Positions 47,508-56,783 of a DNA stretch of 64,000 nt are shown in pieces. The position numbers and the translations under genes are program-made. Under the pieces are notes generated by a model. That model was not told where the DNA came from. It made no database searches and saw nothing but the letters and a program-made list of their open reading frames with translations. The first letter of the stretch is position 1; every line of letters begins with the position of its first letter. Source of the stretch: Terriglobia bacterium (GTDB lineage Bacteria; Acidobacteriota; Terriglobia; 20CM-2-55-15); contig DASXLG010000304.1 in assembly GCA_036496425.1 (NCBI GenBank), forward strand, positions 7,919 to 71,918, written 5' to 3'.

Positions 47508-49283
47508 CTACACCTCGAGGCCGACGGCACGCATCAAAGCAAGCGCGTTGCTCTTCTGAACCACGCCCGGGTGCAGACGGTAGTCGAACACCATACGGCC
47601 ATCGATGAGCTGGTCCTGAAAATGGAAGTTTGCGGCCCGAGGCGCCAGTCCCTCCGCCAGTTTTGCCAGTGACAGGTCATGTGTTGTGACGATCCCGATT
47701 GCGCCGCGGTCGATCAGACCTCTAATGACTCCTTCAGCGCCGACTGCCCGGTCGTGCGAATTCGTGCCGTGAAGGATTTCGTCCAGCAGGAAAAGGACGG
47801 TCATCGTCTTTGTGAGATCCATAATCTGCCGGAGCCGCTGAATCTCGGCATAGAACCGCGACGTTCCAGCCTGCAGCGAATCGAGCACGCGGATCGTTGC
47901 GCCCAGCGCGACGACAGATACCTTCATCCTCGCTGTCCGGACCGGAGCGCCTGCGAGCGCCAGTACGACATTCACTCCAAGGGTGCGGAGCAGCGTGCTT
48001 TTGCCCGACATGTTCGAACCGCTCACAATAAGAAGCTGAAGTTCGTGGTCCAGCCTCACGGAATTAGCAACGCAGCGGGTCCCCGGTATCAACGGGTGCC
48101 GCATGTCGTCGCCTTCAAAATGCGTTCCGCTTTCGAGAATTTCCGGGAATGGGTCATCCGGATGCTCATAAGCGTATGCCGCAAGCGAGCATAAGGCTTC
48201 CAGTTCGCCTACGGCTTCCAGCCAGCGGCCGATATCGCTGCCATGTTTCGCCCGCCATGCTTCAATCGCAAACGCAAATTGCGTCGCCCACATAAACAAT
48301 GGAGCGATAACCGCAAAGAATGCGGACAGTCTCCAATTCAAGAATTCAATTCGCCCGACGAGAATCCCAATGGATCGCGATGCCGGCTCCGTCTTGCCAA
48401 GCTCATTGCGTAGTTTTCGAAGCTTTTCGGATTGCCAGCTTTCTTTTTCCAGCCGCGAGAGCACCAGCGAAAGCACCGCGAGATCCTTTACCGGATCTGC
48501 CACTGCGTCGGTGACGTCGCGTACACGGGGGCGATAATGCAGGCCGAATCCGCCGCCTGCGGCAATCGCTGCAAGAACGAACCATCCGCTGCCATAGAAA
48601 GCGAAGTAATCAACCAGGCTTACGATGATCAGCGCACCCAGGATCGGCGCGATCACACGTGCGGCGGGCGAATGCAGGACCGCGGGCGCGGACCCCCATC
48701 GTTTCATCCACTCCGGATGGATCGCAGCCCGGACGTCTTCGCCCAGCACTGCCAGGTCTTCACGGAGATCGATATTGGCGCGGAGTTCGTCGACGGCTCG
48801 CTGGCGCATTGCGATTTCCGCCGGCGCCGCCGGCGCCTTCAGCCAGCCGGCCAGTGTCTGCTCGCCGGAACGCGTGCGCGCTGAAGAAAGCAGTTCGAAC
48901 AGAGATCCTTTCCCAAACAGATCGAGATCCGTCGCATACGGATGGGATTCGTCGAAATAAGTGAGGCCGGGATCGCCGGTTCCAATCCAGCGATCTTCGA
49001 TCCGGGCAACGCCGCGTTCGTAGAATGCGACGGATCGTTGAGCCTGGCGCGCCAGGTAGCGAATGCGCTCATGCCGCGCGACGAGGACGATGAAAGCGAT
49101 GATGGGAACAAGCAGCCACCAGCCCGAGACGACGCCCGGCCCGGCGGCGAGCCATATCAGCAGGAAAAATGTAAAGCCGGCGCCGAGGCGGATATTCCCG
49201 ATGAGATGGTCGAGCTTTCTATAACGCTCGACCTTCTGCTGCCGTGCGCTCAGGCGCCGCTGGTACTCTTCGGAAGGATTCAC
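47508..49283 (-). CDS. MutS-related protein: membrane-anchored, with a MutS domain V-type ABC ATPase
   Basis: N-terminal TM helices; C-terminal GSNMSGKSTLLR Walker A, LFLLDEILHGTNSHDR, TTHD (MutS ATPase signature). Confidence 0.75.
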   Translation of the reverse strand: MNPSEEYQRRLSARQQKVERYRKLDHLIGNIRLGAGFTFFLLIWLAAGPGVVSGWWLLVPIIAFIVLVARHERIRYLARQAQRSVAFYERGVARIEDRWIGTGDPGLTYFDESHPYATDLDLFGKGSLFELLSSARTRSGEQTLAGWLKAPAAPAEIAMRQRAVDELRANIDLREDLAVLGEDVRAAIHPEWMKRWGSAPAVLHSPAARVIAPILGALIIVSLVDYFAFYGSGWFVLAAIAAGGGFGLHYRPRVRDVTDAVADPVKDLAVLSLVLSRLEKESWQSEKLRKLRNELGKTEPASRSIGILVGRIEFLNWRLSAFFAVIAPLFMWATQFAFAIEAWRAKHGSDIGRWLEAVGELEALCSLAAYAYEHPDDPFPEILESGTHFEGDDMRHPLIPGTRCVANSVRLDHELQLLIVSGSNMSGKSTLLRTLGVNVVLALAGAPVRTARMKVSVVALGATIRVLDSLQAGTSRFYAEIQRLRQIMDLTKTMTVLFLLDEILHGTNSHDRAVGAEGVIRGLIDRGAIGIVTTHDLSLAKLAEGLAPRAANFHFQDQLIDGRMVFDYRLHPGVVQKSNALALMRAVGLEV

Positions 49284-49302
49284 TTTTCAGGGCCGCAGTC
49301 CT

Positions 49303-50229
49303 TCACTTCGGCAGCCATGTGCCAAGATCCGAATTCAGTCCGGATCCCAACCCGAATGTGCCGCCGCGAGCCGAGCGGATAAATGTGCTGTAGTTGTCCA
49401 GGGGCAGCGCGGCGACATTACGGCAGAACTTGTCCCAGATGCCGTCCTGCTCCAGATACATCTCGACATTCGAGAGGGAAAAGGCGGAAACCACGCCTTC
49501 CTTATCCTTGAGATATTTGCCGACGGCGCGAATGGCCTTGGGTCCGGCAAAGTTGCCGACAACCGGCACGATCAGATTGTTAGTCTCAAGCGCCTTCAAA
49601 ACGTTGAAATTCTCTTCATTCGCGAGATAACTCCGGGAGACGCCGTCGGCGTCCGTCGCTGTCATCAAATCCGCATACGTCACTCCGCTGCCGAAACCGC
49701 CTCTGCCGCTCGATCCGTAATTGATGCGCGGCCCGAAACTGCTGAAATTGCCATAGACCCATTCGAGGCCCATCAGGTCGTCGTCTGAAAGGGGATATCC
49801 GTGCTTCTTCATCAGCTGATCTTTGATTGCCGTGAGGTTTCCCGTGTAGATTTCGTCGGTGGACGGTGAATTCGAGATCGCAATGAGCTGGAGGTCCAGA
49901 TTGCCGCGGCGAATGTCGACAATGAAAACCATCTTCGGCTTCAACGATGAAATGTAAGTGAAGTTCTGCTCGGGCCCGACGCCCATGTAGACGCGGCCCT
50001 GCTTCGCGGTTTCGCTCAGACGGGGAATCACGAATTCGAAATAGCTCTCGTTGGAAAGCAGGTTGTCGGAGCGGAACGTGCCATCCGGTTCCGAAGACTC
50101 CGACGATAACTTCCAGAATTCCTGATCGCTCAATTGCGACGGAAGCGTTTCGGCTGCGCGCGCGAAGGGGACTGACGTCGCGAAGACCAGTGCGAGACTC
50201 ACAATGATGGACCAACGTCGCGTTCTCAT
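49303..50229 (-). CDS. Secreted protein of unknown function; paralog of 961..1971
   Basis: Signal peptide; shared blocks AETLPSQLSDQEFWK, GVGPEQNFTYI, FIVDIRR, VGNFAGPKAIRAVGKYLKD, SNVE. Ends 20 nt upstream of the MutS-like gene. Confidence 0.6.
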   Translation of the reverse strand: MRTRRWSIIVSLALVFATSVPFARAAETLPSQLSDQEFWKLSSESSEPDGTFRSDNLLSNESYFEFVIPRLSETAKQGRVYMGVGPEQNFTYISSLKPKMVFIVDIRRGNLDLQLIAISNSPSTDEIYTGNLTAIKDQLMKKHGYPLSDDDLMGLEWVYGNFSSFGPRINYGSSGRGGFGSGVTYADLMTATDADGVSRSYLANEENFNVLKALETNNLIVPVVGNFAGPKAIRAVGKYLKDKEGVVSAFSLSNVEMYLEQDGIWDKFCRNVAALPLDNYSTFIRSARGGTFGLGSGLNSDLGTWLPK

Positions 50230-50314
50230 CCGTTATTCCTCAGCATCGGATTGTGCCGGTCGAAGAAACCCATTATGTCAGAAATCCCCCGCGCCTACGG
50301 ATACAATATCGGCT

Positions 50315-51460
50315 ATGGCGTTGGTCCTCATCATGGTTCTGCTGACCGCGCAGGCCGAGGATCGTCCTGCATACGCGCGTGAGGGCGACCGCATTGAGCA
50401 AGAATTCCTGGCCCATCGGGACCGTCTTATTCAATTTTTCTCTGCCTTGCGAACGCTTCTGGATAATCAGCCGTCCACGCCAGGGATCGTTCTTCCGAAA
50501 CTTCAGGCACAGGACGCCCCGCCTGCTTCCGCCGGCATCCGCTTCGGATATGGCGTTCTTCCACGAATCACCGATAGCAGGACCGCCGGCGCTCCTCCGG
50601 TGTCGGTCTTTTCCTACAGCTGGCCGATCACGGATGGTTACATTGCCGGCGAAGGCGTGAAATTAGACCGTGCCGAGGCGTCCCTTGGCGATGCGGAGAA
50701 GGCTCCGCCCGAAGAACGAGCAAAGCTGATATCGGATCTGGTCGCCGAGTATCGAAGGCTTTTGAACAACCAGCGCACGATCGATCAGTACATCCAGTAC
50801 AACCAGTTCTGGCAGCATTCGATCGCGCAGGACCGTGTTCGCTTCGACCAGCTCACAAAAGTCTACGACCTCATGAAGTCGGATGACCCGGACATCACCC
50901 AGGCCATCCGCGATGTTCTGGGCAAACCGGACGTGCCGTCATTTATAAAGGTCGACCGCAGCACTCCAGGCCGCGTTGTGCTGCACGTCCCGGTTTATAC
51001 AGACATCGAGGACCAGGAATTCCTGGCGAAAGCGAAGGGTGCGATCGAAGATATGTGGCAGGCGCGCGAAGGAGAAACGCTCTACTGCATCGAAGTCGAA
51101 ATTCGCCAGGTGCCTCCGACGGCTCAACCCGGCGAGCATATCGACGTCCGTGCGCATGCGAGCGAATTTCCGCCCGACGGCGCCGTTCTTACCTCGGGGG
51201 CCCAAACCACGCACAGTCTCGTCGGCCGCTACGTCGCCCTTGCCCCAGGTGATCTTCCCGCCCGGACGCTCGCCCACGAATTTGGCCACGTCCTCGGCTT
51301 CCGCGATGGTTACATTCGCGGCTACCGCGACCTCGGCGAACATGGCTTCGAAATTCTCGAACTCACATCCGTCTTCGACGACATCATGAGCGCCCCGCGT
51401 GAAGGCCATGTCCAGGTTGCCCACTTCAAGCTTCTGCTGAGCGCGCTAAAGGACAAGTAA
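50315..51460 (+). CDS. Putative secreted zinc-metalloprotease-like protein with a C-terminal HEFGHVLGFRD (HExxHxxGxxD) motif
   Basis: Start set at MALVLIMVLLTAQA (signal peptide-like); HEFGH motif near the C-terminus. Confidence 0.5.
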   Translation: MALVLIMVLLTAQAEDRPAYAREGDRIEQEFLAHRDRLIQFFSALRTLLDNQPSTPGIVLPKLQAQDAPPASAGIRFGYGVLPRITDSRTAGAPPVSVFSYSWPITDGYIAGEGVKLDRAEASLGDAEKAPPEERAKLISDLVAEYRRLLNNQRTIDQYIQYNQFWQHSIAQDRVRFDQLTKVYDLMKSDDPDITQAIRDVLGKPDVPSFIKVDRSTPGRVVLHVPVYTDIEDQEFLAKAKGAIEDMWQAREGETLYCIEVEIRQVPPTAQPGEHIDVRAHASEFPPDGAVLTSGAQTTHSLVGRYVALAPGDLPARTLAHEFGHVLGFRDGYIRGYRDLGEHGFEILELTSVFDDIMSAPREGHVQVAHFKLLLSALKDK

Positions 51461-51500
51461 CGAACGAAACCTGACAGTTCGCCAGTGCTACCATGCCAGC

Positions 51501-52019
51501 ATGGCAGCATGGCTCGGCCTCAAGAAGCCCTTGTTCCTGGCCTTCTTTATCGGTTGTACTGTTTCATTTCTAACCGCTGGAGTTCTGACCGTACGCCTTA
51601 TCGTGCCGGCGACGATTTATTGGAGTTTTGTTCCCCTGATCGAGATCGCCGCTCTCGCAGCGGTGTGTTGGAACGACCCTGAAAAGGTGCCCTTTTCAAA
51701 CCTCATTGATTCGTTTTTCGCAGGCTACCGGCCATGGCTGTTGTGGCTCGCCGGGATGTCTGCAGTCTGGTGCTTTTTATCCCCATCCACCAGACGCCTG
51801 GATTGGACTGTAGAAGTGACCTGGCAATTCGCGGGCATCGCGATTGCCGTCGTGTGGTCTCTGTACATCGACTTCTGTTTTTTTCGATTGGTCTTGAAAC
51901 AGAGTTCCTCGCGAGCTGCGCGTCAGTTGGCGATCCAGCGCCTGATTTCCTGGGTCCTCATCCTTTCGGTCATGGGCGGACCGACGATATGGTCGGAGAT
52001 TACCGGAAGACTATGGTAG
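51501..52019 (+). CDS. Hypothetical integral membrane protein (about 5 TM segments)
   Basis: 172-aa hydrophobic ORF; its stop overlaps the next gene start. Confidence 0.5.
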   Translation: MAAWLGLKKPLFLAFFIGCTVSFLTAGVLTVRLIVPATIYWSFVPLIEIAALAAVCWNDPEKVPFSNLIDSFFAGYRPWLLWLAGMSAVWCFLSPSTRRLDWTVEVTWQFAGIAIAVVWSLYIDFCFFRLVLKQSSSRAARQLAIQRLISWVLILSVMGGPTIWSEITGRLW

Positions 52020-52897
52020 GTATTGCACGCTGGTCCGGCTGCGCGCTATTGGCGCTTTCCATCATTTTCGGAACGATCTCAGACAGGCCTTACCGGAGTC
52101 CACACCTGACGTTGGGCGGGTATCAGGTTCTGGCCGCGGATTTTCACATCCATAGTTTTCCGCAGAGCTGGGCCATGTTGTCTCCCTGGGACACTGTGAT
52201 CGAAGCGCGCCGGTTGGGGTTGGACGCAATTGCGCTCACTCCGCACAACCACACTTGGGTTGCAAAAGCGGGGAAATGGTTTTCCGGGTTCAGCGGCAAT
52301 CCGATCGTGATCGTCGGCGAGGAAATTCATTCGATCAAGTACCACATCCTTGCGATTGGTATCACGCAAACGGTCGACTGGAGGCAGCCGCCCAATAGTG
52401 CGATAGATGAAGTGCACCGTCAGGGCGGCATCGCCATCGCCGCGCATCCGGTCGCGCGCTACGCATCGGCATACGACGCCGAATCGCTGCGCAAACTGGA
52501 TGGCTCCGAGGTTGTTCATCCGCTGGCTCTGACCAATGAACAGGCGGCCGGCCAATTGCGCGAGTTCTTCAGCCGCGGTAATCTGGCCGCGATCGGCGAC
52601 AGCGACTACCATCTCGGCCCTCTCGCTCCAGACCTCGGAGCGATGGGTATCTGCCGGACGTACGTCTTCGCACGCGAACGCAGTGAACAAGGAATTCTCG
52701 ACGCGCTGCGCGAAAAACACACTGTCGTTTACGACCACGATCATGTTTACGGCGATCCGGCGTTGATCCAGCTCGCCGCTGAAGATGGCCGGCTTCCAAA
52801 ACTTGCGCTTGCCGGACGTCCACGGAGCGCCCTCCATTTACTGAGCGGAATTGCCGGATTGTTGGGCTTGATGGCATCTCTTGGACGCTGGGGCTGA
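52013..52897 (+). CDS. PHP-domain (polymerase/histidinol-phosphatase-like) metal-dependent phosphoesterase with a signal peptide
   Basis: Start at MVGIARWSGCALLALS; HIHSFPQS...TPHNH...AAHP His-rich PHP motifs. Confidence 0.65.
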   Translation: MVGIARWSGCALLALSIIFGTISDRPYRSPHLTLGGYQVLAADFHIHSFPQSWAMLSPWDTVIEARRLGLDAIALTPHNHTWVAKAGKWFSGFSGNPIVIVGEEIHSIKYHILAIGITQTVDWRQPPNSAIDEVHRQGGIAIAAHPVARYASAYDAESLRKLDGSEVVHPLALTNEQAAGQLREFFSRGNLAAIGDSDYHLGPLAPDLGAMGICRTYVFARERSEQGILDALREKHTVVYDHDHVYGDPALIQLAAEDGRLPKLALAGRPRSALHLLSGIAGLLGLMASLGRWG

Positions 52898-53044
52898 AGC
52901 CCTCCTACATTGAGCCGTGGCGCGGCGGCAACCGCCGCACCCTTCAAAAATGTATGTCGATCGCAAGAAAACTTCCGTCACCCGCGTATTTCTATTGGCA
53001 TGGCGCCAGAATGTATGACAGTTTTAGGTTGTCAGGAGGACTTC

Positions 53045-54025
53045 GTGAGTCGTTTTACAACATGGTGCGCGCCGGCGCTCATAGTCATTCTGACGCTTGC
53101 CGCGAGCGGTTTTGCCCAGGACAAAAAAATGAAGAACTCCGATATCGAAAATATCGGAAGCCGCGACATCAACAAAGGCACCATCAACTTCGTTTCCATC
53201 GATAAAGAAATTGCGCTGGGGCGCCAGTTATCGCTGCAGGTTGAACAGGAGTCGAGACTCCTGAAAGATCCGATCATCAGCGAATACGTCAACCGGATCG
53301 GCCAGAACATCGTTCGCAATTCCGACGCGAGAGTGCCATTCACCATCAAGGTCATCGAATCCGACCAGGTCAACGCATTCGCGCTGCCTGGAGGATTTTT
53401 TTACGTCAATACCGGCTTGATTCTTGCAGCCGACGACGAAGCGGAACTCGCCGGAGCCATGGCGCACGAAATTGCTCATGTCGCAGCGCGGCATGGAACC
53501 GAGCAGGAGTCCAAAGCGCAGCTGGTCAGTTATATGGTGCTTCCGCTGATGTTCGTTGCCGGTCCGGTGGGATATGGGGTTGAGCAGGCGGCCAGCATTT
53601 TTGTTCCATTCACGTTCCTGAAGTTTTCGCGCGGCATGGAGGCGGAAGCGGATTACCTCGGCGTCCAATATCTGTATAAGAGCGGCTACGATCCGGGCGC
53701 GATGGTGCGGTTTTTCGAAAAACTTCAGGTTAAAGAGAGAGCCAAGCCGGGATCCGTTTCGCGGCTCTTCGCTTCGCATCCGCCGACCGGCGATCGTATT
53801 CGGAAGGTCGAGGAGGCGATCACAGTGGTGCTTCCTCCAAGAGATCGAGACGTCGAGTCCACTTCAGAGTTTGAACACGTCAAAGCGTATCTTGCGAAAA
53901 TCGAAAGCGTCTATTTGCCGGACAACGCGGGCCAGCCAAGCCTGCGGCACAAGACTCCGGCGCCGGACCCGGATAACGAGCCGCCTGAGACCCCGGACGA
54001 CCGCCCGACTGTGAAACGTAATTAG
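53045..54025 (+). CDS. M48-family zinc metallopeptidase (BepA/HtpX-like) with a signal peptide
   Basis: HEIAHVAARH (HExxH) plus EAEADYLG. GTG start with RBS AGGAGGA-N5-GTG; an alternative ATG lies at 53015. Confidence 0.8.
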   Translation: MSRFTTWCAPALIVILTLAASGFAQDKKMKNSDIENIGSRDINKGTINFVSIDKEIALGRQLSLQVEQESRLLKDPIISEYVNRIGQNIVRNSDARVPFTIKVIESDQVNAFALPGGFFYVNTGLILAADDEAELAGAMAHEIAHVAARHGTEQESKAQLVSYMVLPLMFVAGPVGYGVEQAASIFVPFTFLKFSRGMEAEADYLGVQYLYKSGYDPGAMVRFFEKLQVKERAKPGSVSRLFASHPPTGDRIRKVEEAITVVLPPRDRDVESTSEFEHVKAYLAKIESVYLPDNAGQPSLRHKTPAPDPDNEPPETPDDRPTVKRN

Positions 54026-54053
54026 CAGTTTGACCGCGGCCACGTGATCTGCA

Positions 54054-54260
54054 ATGAGTTTCTTCTCCCGTCTCAATCGTGTTCAACGCATGACCATGAT
54101 TCTTTTCGTCATCGTCGTGGTGAATGGGGTGATGGTCCGCTTCACGGGCTACACGCTGATCGGCGGGGATCTCTTCACACTGTTTCTGATCGTGTTTCTG
54201 CTTCTTCTGATCGTGACGCTGGTTGCGCCGCTGGTGGGAAAGTTCCGCTCCAGAGAATAG
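54054..54260 (+). CDS. Possible small membrane protein (68 aa, two TM segments)
   Basis: Hydrophobic ORF, no clear RBS. Confidence 0.3.
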   Translation: MSFFSRLNRVQRMTMILFVIVVVNGVMVRFTGYTLIGGDLFTLFLIVFLLLLIVTLVAPLVGKFRSRE

Positions 54261-54340
54261 CTGCAATCCACGTTCCGGTCCGGCTTCCGATTGTCCCTTG
54301 AATTGCGTAGTCATAGATAGAAGGGGCAAGGGAGGCGCAA

Positions 54341-54523
54341 ATGTTTATCGTAAAGGTTGAATGGGACGCGCAGAACCAGCAGTTCAAGCTGATGGACCAG
54401 AAGCTCGGAGGGATGTTCGAGGATGGCGATATGTACCTGCTGGTGGTGGATTATTTGCCGCAGGAGTCGGCGGGCGACGGCCAATTCATCGACCTCGACC
54501 AGGCCGAAATGGGACACGCCTGA
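54341..54523 (+). CDS. Small acidic hypothetical protein (60 aa)
   Basis: Strong RBS AAGGGAGG 6 nt upstream of the ATG. Confidence 0.4.
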   Translation: MFIVKVEWDAQNQQFKLMDQKLGGMFEDGDMYLLVVDYLPQESAGDGQFIDLDQAEMGHA

Positions 54524-54554
54524 GCGGCGCCGGCCCGCATGTTAAAATCCATGT

Positions 54555-55787
54555 TTGAAAACAGCTATCATTCTTCATTCGGAATCCGGCATCGTTTTTC
54601 TAGGCGATCCCCGTGTAAACATTGATCCAGGCCGGCACCTGTTCGAGCGCATGACGCAGGTCATGCGCGACACCGGCGCCGGCTGGATCTACTCCGATTC
54701 CATCGGTCATCCCCGCATCAACTATCAAACCGGCAGTATTCGAGACAATTTTGACTTTGGCGCTGTCATTGCAGTGCGCGCCGATGCTTATGAAAAGGGT
54801 GCGGAAACCAACTGGAGCACTCTTTATGATTTGCGCCTGCGCGTCTCCGAGAAATTTCCGATTGTCCGGATTCCGGAGCCGTTGTATTCCGGTTCCGCTG
54901 TAGATACGCGTCCTACAGGTCAGAAGCAGTTTGATTACGTCGATCCGAAAAACCGCGACTACCAGATTGAGATGGAACGTGTCGCGACGGCCCACCTCAA
55001 ACGGATCGGTTCCTATCTGGAGCCGCGCTTTCAGGCCGTACCTCCGCCGGCGGATGCATTTTCGGTTCGAGCCAGCGTCGTCATTCCAGTGCGAAACCGT
55101 GAGCAGACGATTCTCGACGCGGTGACAAGTGCCCTCAATCAAAAAACAGTTTTCAATTACAACGTCATCGTCGTCGATAACCATTCGACGGATCGCACGA
55201 CGGAACTGCTGCGTGGCGTTCGCGACTCCCGTCTCGTGCACCTGATTCCGGACCGCCACGATCTCGGCATTGGCGGTTGCTGGAACGAGGCGCTCTATTC
55301 AGAGCACTGCGGCCGGTATGCTGTTCAACTCGATTCCGATGATCTCTATTCCGGCGAAGAGGTCCTTGCGCGCATCGTCGGTGAACTGGAAGCGGGACCG
55401 TATGCGATGGTGATCGCCTCTTACACCATGGTGGATTTTTCTTTACAGCAGATCCCGCCTGGTTTGATCGATCATCGCGAGTGGACGCGGGAAAACGGCC
55501 GCAACAATGCCCTGCGCATCAACGGTCTCGGCGCGCCCCGCGCGTTCGACACATCGGTGCTGCGCCGGTTCGGTTTCCCGAACGTCAGTTACGGTGAGGA
55601 CTATGCCATGGCTCTGCGTATCAGCCGCGATTTCGATATCGGGCGGATTTACGACTCCGTCTATCTCTGCCGCCGCTGGGAAGGAAACACAGACACGGCG
55701 CTGCCTCTCGAAACAGCGAATCGCTACGACTCCTACAAAGACTGGATCCGCACGATGGAAATCAAGGCAAGGCAGGTGAAGGCGTGA
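54555..55787 (+). CDS. Family 2 glycosyltransferase with an ~170-aa N-terminal extension
   Basis: VVIPVRNREQTILDAV...VIVVDNHSTDRTTELL...DSDD typical of GT2. Confidence 0.75.
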   Translation: MKTAIILHSESGIVFLGDPRVNIDPGRHLFERMTQVMRDTGAGWIYSDSIGHPRINYQTGSIRDNFDFGAVIAVRADAYEKGAETNWSTLYDLRLRVSEKFPIVRIPEPLYSGSAVDTRPTGQKQFDYVDPKNRDYQIEMERVATAHLKRIGSYLEPRFQAVPPPADAFSVRASVVIPVRNREQTILDAVTSALNQKTVFNYNVIVVDNHSTDRTTELLRGVRDSRLVHLIPDRHDLGIGGCWNEALYSEHCGRYAVQLDSDDLYSGEEVLARIVGELEAGPYAMVIASYTMVDFSLQQIPPGLIDHREWTRENGRNNALRINGLGAPRAFDTSVLRRFGFPNVSYGEDYAMALRISRDFDIGRIYDSVYLCRRWEGNTDTALPLETANRYDSYKDWIRTMEIKARQVKA

Positions 55788-55802
55788 AGGCGTGAAGGCG
55801 GG

Positions 55803-55897
55803 TACTTAATTCAAATTGAATCATTGCAAATTGCTTCAATTCTTCAAGTTGAAGCAATGATGCAATGGAGCAATGATGCAATGGTCCAATGTTCTTA
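55803..55897. terminator. AT-rich hairpin element (third member of the family; end GGTCCAATGTTCTTAAC vs CTCCAATAGGTCTTAAC), preceded by a 3x GTGAAGGCG direct repeat
   Basis: CATTGCAAATTGCTTCAA-TTCTT-CAAGTTGAAGCAATGATGCAATG hairpin; tandem GCAATGATGCAATGG x2. Confidence 0.45.
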
Positions 55898-55901
55898 ACC
55901 C

Positions 55902-56783
55902 ATGATTGAAGCTATCGAAACCCTCCATGAAAACCAACTTCGCTCCTGGCCTCGCCTCGCGCGTGGCGTCGAGGGGCTCGCTGAGGCACACACCCGGCCC
56001 GCGGGTATTGACTGGTTCGATGTTTTCATCCGCCATATCCCGCATCGCGTCGCCAGCACCACTGCCGCCGTCGATCGTGAATCTATCCTGAAACGGCCGT
56101 GTTTTCTGTGTTCTGGAAATCTCGACTCTGAAGAACGCGGTATCGCGTTCAGTTCCGGCTATACGATCTACTTCAATCCCTTTCCCATCGTCGATCGACA
56201 TCTGACGATCGTCCATCGCGATCACACGCCACAGCACATCGCCGGAGAAGCCGGCGCCATGCTGGATATCGCGGCGGCACTGCCCGGCTATTTCGTGATC
56301 TATAACGGCCCCGAGTGCGGCGCTTCCGCGCCCGACCACATGCACTTTCAGGCCGGTTCGCGCGAACTGTTTCCCATTGAGAAGGACACGGCCGAGATTC
56401 CGGGAATTGTTGTCCCGGACTATGCCCGAAATGTTCTGATGTTTCGTGATAGGGATCGGTCGCAGCTGATCCGCCGGATCGATCGCGCGATCGAACTGCT
56501 ATCGAATGCGACCCGGAAGGCTCCGGAACCTCTGATCAACATCGCCCTCTTTCACGAGCAGGGCCGATGGACCGTCTATCTGTTCCCTCGAGGTAAACAC
56601 CGGCCTGAAGTTTTTCATACAGGTCAGCTCACGGTGAGCCCCGCGTCCATTGATCTCTGCGGGATTTTTGTGGTTCCATTCGAACGAGATTTTGTTCGAA
56701 TCACCGGTAAAGATATCGCATCGATCTTTCGCGAGGTAACCCTTCCGGACGAGATCTTTAATGAGGTCGCTGCAAAACTATGA
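55902..56783 (+). CDS. HIT-superfamily (GalT / Ap4A-phosphorylase-like) nucleotidyltransferase/phosphorylase of unknown specificity
   Basis: SAPDHMHFQA (HxHxQ histidine-triad-like) and HLTIVHRDH motifs; 4-nt overlap with the next gene. Confidence 0.5.
   Translation: MIEAIETLHENQLRSWPRLARGVEGLAEAHTRPAGIDWFDVFIRHIPHRVASTTAAVDRESILKRPCFLCSGNLDSEERGIAFSSGYTIYFNPFPIVDRHLTIVHRDHTPQHIAGEAGAMLDIAAALPGYFVIYNGPECGASAPDHMHFQAGSRELFPIEKDTAEIPGIVVPDYARNVLMFRDRDRSQLIRRIDRAIELLSNATRKAPEPLINIALFHEQGRWTVYLFPRGKHRPEVFHTGQLTVSPASIDLCGIFVVPFERDFVRITGKDIASIFREVTLPDEIFNEVAAKL

Noticed and set aside
47508-49283. MutS-related ATPase as part of a novel defence/repair system
   Set aside because: The protein is a stand-alone membrane-anchored MutS domain V ATPase with no fused nuclease (no Smr/HNH) and no adjacent helicase or nuclease genes. 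The only co-oriented partner is the unknown secreted paralog, which is insufficient to call it a defence system.
52036-52050. Fourth copy of the 29-bp GC motif inside the PHP-domain gene
   Set aside because: Only the first 15 nt (CCGGCTGCGCGCTAT) match, and the sequence encodes the signal peptide in frame. It is probably a chance or partial match, so it is not annotated as a separate feature.
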